Origin: Aeropyrum pernix K1
GTDB lineage: Archaea > Thermoproteota > Thermoprotei_A > Sulfolobales > Acidilobaceae
Assembly: GCF_000011125.1 (NCBI RefSeq)
Contig: NC_000854.2
Span: forward strand, 1,020,001 to 1,052,000
Reading direction: 5' to 3'
Length of the DNA: 32,000 bases
Position numbers and translations under genes: made by a program. Positions 24,516-31,528 of the stretch are shown one piece after another. How positions within the stretch are numbered: the stretch's first letter is position 1; every line of letters starts with the position of its first letter. The notes below the pieces were generated by a model that worked only from the letters and a program-made list of their open reading frames with translations, did not search any database and was not told the origin of the DNA.

Positions 24516-25069
24516 TCTCCACCCTCCACCCCGAGGGCCTCCCTAACGCCCTTCTCCATGCCGCGGTAAGCCTCCTCCCCCCTGGCAACAAGTATTATGT
24601 ACCTAGGCCACTTACCCCTAAGTATAGAAGCCGCCATCGCCGCCTCCCTGGCTACCTCAGCCACACTCAACCCTCCCACGCCAGCGCCCATCGCCGGCAT
24701 GGCCACGCTCTCTATACCCGCCTCGGAGGCCAGCCTCAGGGCTGCATAGGATGCTTTGAAGGCGTTCACCAGTGGTATCCTCATGCCAGGCTCCTCCATA
24801 GTGGGGGCGTGTATGACGAACCTGGCGGGAAGGCTCCCTCCACTCGTTATCACCGCCTCGCCAACCGGCACGGGGGCCTTACGCATTGCCTCCTCCTCGA
24901 TCACACTCCCACCAGCCCTCTTCAGCGCCCCGGCAGCGCCGCCGCCCATTATCATTAGGCTGTTGGCGGGGTTGACGACAGCCTCCGCTCTGACCTTCGT
25001 CAGGTCGCCCATGGATACAGCGAGAACCCTATCTCCCAGAGTCCAGCACTTCAACCCCCGTCCCCACAT
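24485..25069 (-). CDS. Macro-domain protein (ADP-ribose / ADP-ribose-1''-phosphate binding or hydrolysing)
   Basis: 194 aa with motifs [40 protein letters not shown] and [10 protein letters not shown]. These are typical of AF1521-like macro domains. Confidence 0.85.
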
Positions 25070-25070
25070 C

Positions 25071-26354
25071 CTAAACTAGTATCCGCCCCCTAATTTCCTC
25101 GTGGTACTCCTCGCCAAGCTTAACCCTCCCGAATATGACTTTCCTCACCTCCCCCTGAAACCTGGTTTTGAAGGTTGCTGTCATAGTGTCAAGATCCACG
25201 TCAACTAGAAGGGCTGGGTGCTCGACGCCATCAGCATCCACAAGGGCCGCCAGGACACCCTTCATGCTGCCCCTCGAGACCACGAGGACCTCGCCCCCCG
25301 CCAGCTTCCTCACCGCACCCTTAATCTCGTGAGGCTCCACCTGCCTCTCGGAGTCTACTATTATGCAGACTCCCCCAGGGTATCTGGTCATGAGCTTTAC
25401 CGGGCTTCCTATCTGGGATTCTATGCTGGCCTTAAGCCTCTCATCCTCGAAGGGGGCTCCTCCTATGCACGCACCCTGTATTTTAACGCTCTTCAGGCTG
25501 ACCTCCCTCGTGCCGCCCTCGAGGAACCGGATGTAGTTCTCGCTCCTCAGCCTCCTCCTCTCGTCGACACCCCTTACAGCCTGCACCGAAGGGCTCCTGA
25601 CGTAGTAGACGTTGGACTCGAGGGACTTCTCGAGGAAGCCGTAGAGCTCGGGGTCTCCGACGACGACAACTGCATCGGCGTTGACGCCCCTCGCGAGGTC
25701 TATCTTGTACTCTAGGGCGCCCCACCCCTTGACCCACCCGTCAGTATCTACTGCAACGAATGCCGCCCCCTCCCCCCTAGCCCTAGCCCTGAGAGAGGCT
25801 ACTGCGGTCACAATCCTCCCCGCCACGGGCCCAGGCTCTATGGAGCCGACGAACCGAAGGGCAACTGGGTCTAGGAGCCTCAGCCATATAACCCAGCTGC
25901 CTGGCAGGCTGAGGCTCACGAATCCAGGAGGCCCTATGTCGGCCTGGCCGACGTCAGCGTCTATAATGCCTGTGGGTATGCCTCTGGCCAGGCTCCTGTT
26001 GGCTAGAACGGCGGTCAAGGAGGTTTTGCCAGCCTCAACCGGGCCTACCACCATTGCTGTACACTCGCGCCCACACTCCTCCAGTATCTTGTCTGCAGTG
26101 TGTATCCACTCCTCCAGAGGCTCCTCACCATCCTCCGGGATCTCCACCCTGGCCCTGCCCGACATTGAGACGCGGAGCCTAGCCGGCTTCAGGGCCTTGG
26201 CCAGGTAGCTCCTATACTCTCCTATCTCAACCCTGTCGCCAGCCGACAACTCTGCCCCCAGAATGGTGACTAGCCCCTCCTCAACCTCCACCCTGGCCGG
26301 GCCGAAGATCCTAACCGCCTCTCCCCCGCCTAGCTCCAGTGTTACTCCTGCCAA
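25071..26354 (-). CDS. Clp1/Grc3-like polynucleotide 5'-hydroxyl kinase
   Basis: 427 aa. The P-loop VVGPVEAGKTSLTAVLANRSL is followed by IIDADVGQADIGPPGFVS, the Clp1-family arrangement. N- and C-terminal flanking beta domains match archaeal Clp1 homologues. TTG start. Confidence 0.8.
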   Translation of the reverse strand: MAGVTLELGGGEAVRIFGPARVEVEEGLVTILGAELSAGDRVEIGEYRSYLAKALKPARLRVSMSGRARVEIPEDGEEPLEEWIHTADKILEECGRECTAMVVGPVEAGKTSLTAVLANRSLARGIPTGIIDADVGQADIGPPGFVSLSLPGSWVIWLRLLDPVALRFVGSIEPGPVAGRIVTAVASLRARARGEGAAFVAVDTDGWVKGWGALEYKIDLARGVNADAVVVVGDPELYGFLEKSLESNVYYVRSPSVQAVRGVDERRRLRSENYIRFLEGGTREVSLKSVKIQGACIGGAPFEDERLKASIESQIGSPVKLMTRYPGGVCIIVDSERQVEPHEIKGAVRKLAGGEVLVVSRGSMKGVLAALVDADGVEHPALLVDVDLDTMTATFKTRFQGEVRKVIFGRVKLGEEYHEEIRGRILV

Positions 26355-26429
26355 CCCGGCCCCCCGCTCATCTATTCAGGGCTTGCCCGGGCTGATACGT
26401 TTGCAATCCTGAGGGCACCAGGGCCCGCT

Positions 26430-26460
26430 GTATATATAGAATTTTATACAATATTTACAC
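26430..26460. promoter_or_regulatory. AT-rich divergent promoter region (clp1 operon / radical SAM operon)
   Basis: GTATATATAGAATTTTATACAATATTTACAC is the only AT-rich block in the 179-nt spacer between the divergent genes. It contains TATA-like boxes readable on both strands. Confidence 0.5.
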
Positions 26461-26533
26461 GTCTATCCCGCTACAGGCTCCAGGATACCAGCCCGGGGCG
26501 ATGCCAAGGTAGCTAGGGGGTGCAGCAGCCCCG

Positions 26534-27703
26534 ATGATACCTGTCACCCGCATGGCAGTGGGAAAGGGCACCGTGAGCACTAGGATAAAGGGGCTTCGAG
26601 GCAGAAGGCCTAGCAGCTTCGCCGACATCCTGAGACCGGTCGTCTTCTGGAACATAACCAGGGCATGCAACCTGAAGTGCATCCACTGCTACATATCCGC
26701 GGGGCCCCATCCGCTCCCCGGCGAACTCTCCACCGAGGAGGCCCTCGGGGTTGCTAGACAGCTTGTAGAGCATGGTGTACCCCTGGTAACGCTGAGCGGG
26801 GGTGAGCCCCTGGTTAGGAGGGATTTCTGGGCCATAGCTAAAGCGCTATCAGGCCACGACACACCCAAGCTGGCCTTGAGCAGCAACGGGACCCTAATAA
26901 CAAGGGAAACTGCTGCTAGGCTGCGGAGGCTAGGGTTCAGCTACGTCGGCATCAGCCTCGACAGTGTAGACCCGGGTGTGCACGACAAGTTCAGGGGCGC
27001 CCCCGGAGCGTTCAAAGCGGCCATCCGGGGTGCGAGGAATGCGTTGGAGGAGGGTCTTGACGTCGGGTTTAGGCTGACCATAACCAAGTACAACCTGGAC
27101 GACGCCCCCAGGATAATAAGGCTCGCCAGCGACATGGGGGTGCCCCGGGTTGCAATCTACGTCGTAGACCTCCTCGGCCGGGCGACTCCCGATCTTGCCC
27201 CTAGCCCCGAGGACCTCAGGCGGGCTATAGACGCTATACTTGAGGAGTCCGTCAGACACCAAGACAGGGTTGAGGTCCTCCTGGTGAGGGCCAACTTCGC
27301 TGGCGTCTACCTGGCCGACAGGCTTGCCAAGACAAGGGATGAGTTCCTGCAGCTGCTAAGCCTGGTAGGCAGCCACGGCGACTGCGGCAGGAAGTCTGTG
27401 AGCATATACCCTGACGGGACCGTGAGGCCCTGCCAGTTCCTCGAGGAGGTTGTAATAGGGGATCTGAGGAGGCAGAGGCTCGGCGAGATACTCTCCGCCG
27501 ATAACCCCCTCTTGAAGCCGTTCATAGCTGTGGACACGATGCTCAGAGGCCCAAAATGCGGGGGGTGCCCCTTCAAGAGGGTCTGCGGCGGGGGCAGCAG
27601 GATGAGGGCGCTCAAGACCACCGGCGAATTCTGGGGCGACGACCCCCTCTGCTTCATAGACCCCTGGAGCATCGCGCGGAGGTGGGGCTACAGTGCGGGG
27701 TAG
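26534..27703 (+). CDS. Radical SAM enzyme, NirJ/AhbD-like, with C-terminal auxiliary-cluster (SPASM-type) cysteines
   Basis: The radical SAM motif is CNLKCIHCY, within VVFWNITRACNLKCIHCYI, and the GGEPL motif is LSGGEPLVRRDF. The C-terminal cysteines are C-x16-C (CGRKSVSIYPDGTVRPC) and C-x2-C-x5-C-x21-C (CGGCPFKRVCGGGSRMRA...DPLC). A haem-synthase (AhbD) assignment is plausible but unproven. Confidence 0.75.
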   Translation: MIPVTRMAVGKGTVSTRIKGLRGRRPSSFADILRPVVFWNITRACNLKCIHCYISAGPHPLPGELSTEEALGVARQLVEHGVPLVTLSGGEPLVRRDFWAIAKALSGHDTPKLALSSNGTLITRETAARLRRLGFSYVGISLDSVDPGVHDKFRGAPGAFKAAIRGARNALEEGLDVGFRLTITKYNLDDAPRIIRLASDMGVPRVAIYVVDLLGRATPDLAPSPEDLRRAIDAILEESVRHQDRVEVLLVRANFAGVYLADRLAKTRDEFLQLLSLVGSHGDCGRKSVSIYPDGTVRPCQFLEEVVIGDLRRQRLGEILSADNPLLKPFIAVDTMLRGPKCGGCPFKRVCGGGSRMRALKTTGEFWGDDPLCFIDPWSIARRWGYSAG

Positions 27704-28904
27704 ATGGCCCTACGAGGAGAAGCCCCTCATAGTCTTCTGGGAGTCTACCAAGGCGTGCCTCCTAGCATGTAAACACTGCAGGGCCGAGGCTCTCACAGAG
27801 CCCCAGCCGGGGGAGCTATCGACCCGGGAGGCCCTGGCGCTGGTAGACCAGGTCGTCGAGTTTGGGAGGCCCTACCCGATACTCGTCATAACGGGCGGAG
27901 ACCCTCTTATGAGGAGGGACTTCTGGAGGATCCTAGAGTACGCCGTCAGCCAGGGCCTCAGGGTTGCCGTGGCACCTAGCGTCACCCCCCTCCTCACGAG
28001 GGAGGTCGTCAGGCGTATGGCTAGAATGGGTGTCGCCAGGATATCGATATCCATAGACAGCGGCCTACCCGAAGTGCATGACGCTATACGGGGAGTCCCC
28101 GGCACCTTCAAGGCCAGCGTTAACATCGTCAGAGAGGCGCTCGCCGCCGGCCTCCCCGTGCAGATTAACACTACAGTCATGAAGCCCACGGTGGATAGCC
28201 TCCCCGAAACACTGAAACTGCTCCTCGATCTGGGTGTGGACGTGTGGGAGGTCTTCTACGTAGTCCCCACTGGCAGGGCCGCCAGGATCCTGGATTTAAC
28301 CCCCTCTGAGTGGGAGGATGTGAGCAACTACCTCTACGACGCCTCAAGATACGGCGTTCTGGTTAGAACCGTTGAGGGCCCAATGTTCAGGAGGATAGCC
28401 CTCACCCGCAGGCTTCTAGAGAATATGGGGTTAGACTGGAGAAACCGCCTGAGGCCGGGCAGCCTCTATCACAAGCTCGCCAGGAAGACCCTCGAGCTGC
28501 TTGGAGACCCCCCGGGCGAGGCTAGAGCCCAGACAACCGGTACTAGGGACGGGAAGGGTGTGATATTCGTGTCCAACAAGGGCCTAGTCTACCCCAGCGG
28601 CTTCCTCCCATACCCTGTGGGGGACGTTAGGAAATCCAGCTTGAAGGAGATCTACCAGTCTAGCCCAGAGCTGGAGGGGCTGCGGAAGGCCGTGTTCAAG
28701 GGGAGGTGCGGTCGATGCGAGTTCAGCCAGCTCTGCGGAGGCAGCAGGGCTAGAGCCTACTCCTACACTGGCGACCCTCTGGGCGAGGACCCCGCGTGCG
28801 CCTACAGGCCAGGGGAGTTCAGAAGCCTGCTCCAGGAGCTTGGCGTAGGGGAGGCTGACGTCTACGGGCTCGTGGAGAAGCTAGGCCACGGAAGGATACT
28901 CTAG
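27693..28904 (+). CDS. Radical SAM enzyme, NirJ/AhbC-like paralogue
   Basis: The radical SAM motif is CLLACKHCRA, within IVFWESTKACLLACKHCRAE, and the GGDPL motif is ITGGDPLMRRDF. The C-terminal cysteines are C-x2-C-x5-C-x20-C (CGRCEFSQLCGGSRARAY...DPAC). The upstream C-x16-C pair of its neighbour is absent. GTG 27693 overlaps the previous gene by 11 nt, and GGAGGTG lies about 7 nt upstream, which suggests translational coupling. Confidence 0.75.
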   Translation: MRGRWPYEEKPLIVFWESTKACLLACKHCRAEALTEPQPGELSTREALALVDQVVEFGRPYPILVITGGDPLMRRDFWRILEYAVSQGLRVAVAPSVTPLLTREVVRRMARMGVARISISIDSGLPEVHDAIRGVPGTFKASVNIVREALAAGLPVQINTTVMKPTVDSLPETLKLLLDLGVDVWEVFYVVPTGRAARILDLTPSEWEDVSNYLYDASRYGVLVRTVEGPMFRRIALTRRLLENMGLDWRNRLRPGSLYHKLARKTLELLGDPPGEARAQTTGTRDGKGVIFVSNKGLVYPSGFLPYPVGDVRKSSLKEIYQSSPELEGLRKAVFKGRCGRCEFSQLCGGSRARAYSYTGDPLGEDPACAYRPGEFRSLLQELGVGEADVYGLVEKLGHGRIL

Positions 28905-28920
28905 AGTTTGGGTTTATCGA

Positions 28921-28938
28921 GTTTATTTAAATAAATTT
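28921..28938 (+). promoter_or_regulatory. TATA box for the aldolase / aldo-keto reductase pair
   Basis: GTTTATTTAAATAAATTT lies immediately after the radical SAM stop. It is too close to the ORF-track start (GTG 28940) for that codon to be transcribed from it. Confidence 0.5.
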
Positions 28939-28978
28939 TGTGAACCGGGATAAACTTACCCGCAGGGAGTTTACCGGG

Positions 28979-29587
28979 GTGCTTGCCGTGTTCTACCCTC
29001 CAAGAGGCCCTATAGATAAGAGTGTCATGGCCGATGTCGCAGAGGCCCTTAAGACACTCTACGAGAGGGGTCTCGTCCAGGCGATGGGAGGCAATGTTTC
29101 CGCGCTGCACAACGGCCTAGTCTACTTATCGCCGACGCGTGTTTTCAGAGGCAGGCTGAGCTGGATGGACGTGGCAGTCATGAGGCTTGACGGCAGTGTA
29201 GTTAGGGGGAGGCCCAGCAGCGAGTGGAGGATGCACATCGCCATATATAGACGCCTAGATGGCATCGCGGCCGTCGTCCACGCCCACCCCCCAGCCCTCC
29301 TCGGGGCGGACTCGACGGGGCTTAGGCTCAACCCCAGCCTCCTCATGGAGGCCGAGGCCACCGTAGGCTGTGTGGCGGGGGTACCACGGGTCAAACCTGG
29401 CACCTGGGAGCTGGCCGAGGCCGTGGCCACTGCTCTAGAAGCCTCCGGCTGTAGAGCCGCAGTGCTCAGGAACCATGGAGTTGTGGCTGTGGGTAGAAGC
29501 CTCTGGGAGGCCCTCGATATGGCTGAAGCAGTTGAGGACCTCGCCAGAATCAGCCTGTACCAGAGGCTGGGCGGCGGAGGCGTATAG
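28979..29587 (+). CDS. Class II aldolase/adducin-family protein (FucA / MtnB / 5-deoxyribulose-1-P aldolase-like)
   Basis: Family motifs are GGNVSA, the catalytic acid in PSSEWRMH, metal ligands VVHAHPP and RNHGVVAVG. The start is ambiguous. GTG 28940 (ORF track) abuts the TATA box. GTG 28979 has AGGGAG 9 nt upstream. ATG 29027 gives the family-typical N-terminus MADVAEALKTLYERGL. Confidence 0.8.
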   Translation: MLAVFYPPRGPIDKSVMADVAEALKTLYERGLVQAMGGNVSALHNGLVYLSPTRVFRGRLSWMDVAVMRLDGSVVRGRPSSEWRMHIAIYRRLDGIAAVVHAHPPALLGADSTGLRLNPSLLMEAEATVGCVAGVPRVKPGTWELAEAVATALEASGCRAAVLRNHGVVAVGRSLWEALDMAEAVEDLARISLYQRLGGGGV

Positions 29588-29589
29588 CT

Positions 29590-30597
29590 ATGGCGGGTGA
29601 GCCCAGGCTCGGCAGGACCGGCCCGCGGGTATCGAGGGTTGGGCTGGGCCTCTGGCAGTTCGGCTCGCCGATGTGGGGTGGGAAGGCGCTATCGGCCGAT
29701 GTTCTGGCTAGAGGCCTATCCATAGCCGTGGAGGAGGGGATCAACCTCCTCGACACCGCTGAGGTCTACGGCATGGGCTCTTCCGAGAGGATGCTTGGCG
29801 AGGCCCTAAAGAGGCTTAACGCTAGGGAGGACTTCGTAATAGTGAGCAAGGTCGCAGGGTTCAGGAGTACCGCGGGCGACATAGTGAAGGGGGCCCGCGG
29901 CATAGCGGGGAGGCTCAGCTCGGCGCCCGACGTCATCCTACACCACTGGCCACCCCCCGTTTACTCTAGGCTCTGCAGCGTAGTTCGCGGGCTGGAGCAG
30001 GCTGTTAATGAGGGTCTAGCCAGCTACTACGGCTTCTCTAACTACGGCGAGGACCTCCTGGGCGACGCCCTATCCTGCACCAGGAGGCTCGAGCCAGTGG
30101 CGGACCAGATACTATACAATCTAGCCTACAGGACTCCAGAGCAGCGGCTCATACCCCTCCTACACCAGCACGGAATGACCCCCATAGCGTGGAGCCCCCT
30201 CGCGAAGGGCGCCCTGGCAGGCTTCAAAGGCGAGCCCACCAGGGCCCAGGCGGGTGACCCCGTCTTCAGAACTGCCCTAGAAGATACTGGGCTGCAGGAG
30301 GTCCTGGAGTCCGTAGCCCGGCGTCTAGGGGCGTCGAAAGCGTCTGTAGCCCTGGCTTGGGTAGCCTACAAGGGTGCCGTGCCTATAGTGGGGTGGAGGA
30401 GGCCTGAGAGGGTTAGGGAGGCGGCCGCGGCCGCCAGGCTAAAGCTGAGCGAGGAGGATGTGGCATTGCTTGACGAGGCGAGCAAGCGCTACGTAACATT
30501 GTGGGGCAGCAGCTATAGCCCCCCAGGCCTGCGGAGGATCAGGCTAATTCCCGGGGCGCTGCAGCGGCTCGCCATAAGGTTGTGGGGAGGCATCTAG
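29590..30597 (+). CDS. Aldo/keto reductase
   Basis: 335 aa. The AKR tetrad context is LDTAEVYG (Asp, Tyr), IVSKV (Lys) and ILHHWP (His). The N-terminus is typical (LGRTGPRVSRVGLGLWQFG). It starts 2 nt after the aldolase stop, with GGAGG upstream. Confidence 0.9.
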   Translation: MAGEPRLGRTGPRVSRVGLGLWQFGSPMWGGKALSADVLARGLSIAVEEGINLLDTAEVYGMGSSERMLGEALKRLNAREDFVIVSKVAGFRSTAGDIVKGARGIAGRLSSAPDVILHHWPPPVYSRLCSVVRGLEQAVNEGLASYYGFSNYGEDLLGDALSCTRRLEPVADQILYNLAYRTPEQRLIPLLHQHGMTPIAWSPLAKGALAGFKGEPTRAQAGDPVFRTALEDTGLQEVLESVARRLGASKASVALAWVAYKGAVPIVGWRRPERVREAAAAARLKLSEEDVALLDEASKRYVTLWGSSYSPPGLRRIRLIPGALQRLAIRLWGGI

Positions 30598-31061
30598 GCC
30601 TGCGCGCTAGCAGTCATCCTCCTATGCTCCTCCATCATGCACCTGTCGACTACAACGTCTAACCCGGCGTCCAGCAGCTTCTTCACAGCCTCCTCCGAAG
30701 CCGTACCCTTCTGGAACCAGACGACTATCCTCCTCCCCGCCCTCCTGGCGAGCCTAATGGCCTGCTCGGCGACCGCCTCAGCCTCTCTGGGGGGTCTGAA
30801 GACGTCTACCACATCCACCTCGCGGGCTATCTCATCCGGTATCTCGTCGAGGCTGGGGTAAGCCTTCTCACCCAGTATCTCGTCGGCGGAGGGGTTAACC
30901 GGTATTATCCTGTATCCAGCCTTTTTGAGGTACTCGGGGACCCTGTATGCATCCTTCTCAGGGTTCCTGCTGGCGCCGACCACAGCCACCACCCGGGCTG
31001 TCCTGAGGACCTCGAACGGATCCCTTATAGAGCCCTTCACCGATAACCACCCACACAACAT
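30594..31061 (-). CDS. CoA-binding domain protein (YccU-like)
   Basis: The motif is RVVAVVGASRNPEKDAYRVPEYLKKAGYRIIPVNP. The ORF-track start (31100) lies inside the TATA-like block, so ATG 31061 (155 aa) is more plausible. Confidence 0.8.
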   Translation of the reverse strand: MLCGWLSVKGSIRDPFEVLRTARVVAVVGASRNPEKDAYRVPEYLKKAGYRIIPVNPSADEILGEKAYPSLDEIPDEIAREVDVVDVFRPPREAEAVAEQAIRLARRAGRRIVVWFQKGTASEEAVKKLLDAGLDVVVDRCMMEEHRRMTASAQA

Positions 31062-31089
31062 TTGGGGTGGCCCCGGGTTTAAGTCCTCC

Positions 31090-31110
31090 AATATAAACAT
31101 CTATCTTAAA
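31090..31110. promoter_or_regulatory. Shared AT-rich divergent promoter (CoA-binding gene / pth2)
   Basis: The block is AATATAAACATCTATCTTAAA. The plus-strand box ATCTATCTTAAA is centred about 30 nt upstream of ATG 31138. The minus-strand box GTTTATAT lies about 34 nt upstream of ATG 31061. Confidence 0.45.
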
Positions 31111-31137
31111 CCACGGGCCAGTGAGGTTGCAGAGCGT

Positions 31138-31512
31138 ATGACTGGGGAGGGGTATAAGCAGGCCATCGTAGTCAGGAGAGACCTGGGGATGGGGAGGGGT
31201 AAGGCAGCCGCCCAGGCTGCCCACGCCTCGTGCGAGGCGGTGTTCCTCATACTAGAGAGCGGTAGGCCCGAGTGGAGGAGGTGGCTGGAGATGTGGAGGC
31301 TTCAGGGTCAGGCTAAGGTAGTTCTGAGGGTTGAAAGCCTGGCCGAGCTGCAAGAAGTATATAGCAAGGCTGTGGAGGAGGGCCTGCCCGCCTCTTTCGT
31401 CAGGGACGCTGGCAAAACTCAGCTGGAGCCTGGTACGCCTACTGCTGCGGCGGTGGGCCCCGCACCCTCTAGGTTAGTCGACAGGATAACTGGGGGGCTC
31501 AAGCTTTTCTAA
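31138..31512 (+). CDS. pth2: Peptidyl-tRNA hydrolase, archaeal/eukaryal Pth2 type
   Basis: 124 aa from ATG 31138. It reads KQAIVVRRDLGMGRGKAAAQAAHAS...GQAKVVLRVES...FVRDAGKTQLEPGTPTAAAVGPAP...GGLKLF. The 71 upstream codons in the ORF track are antisense to the CoA-binding gene. Confidence 0.9.
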   Translation: MTGEGYKQAIVVRRDLGMGRGKAAAQAAHASCEAVFLILESGRPEWRRWLEMWRLQGQAKVVLRVESLAELQEVYSKAVEEGLPASFVRDAGKTQLEPGTPTAAAVGPAPSRLVDRITGGLKLF

Positions 31513-31528
31513 TCACATTTCAACCCGG

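Noticed and set aside
25218-26208. Long plus-strand ORFs (165 and 175 aa) inside the clp1-like gene
   Set aside because: They are antisense to a gene with clear family motifs and have Ser/Pro/Leu/Arg/Thr-rich composition. They lack start-site signals and are typical shadow ORFs of a GC-rich genome.
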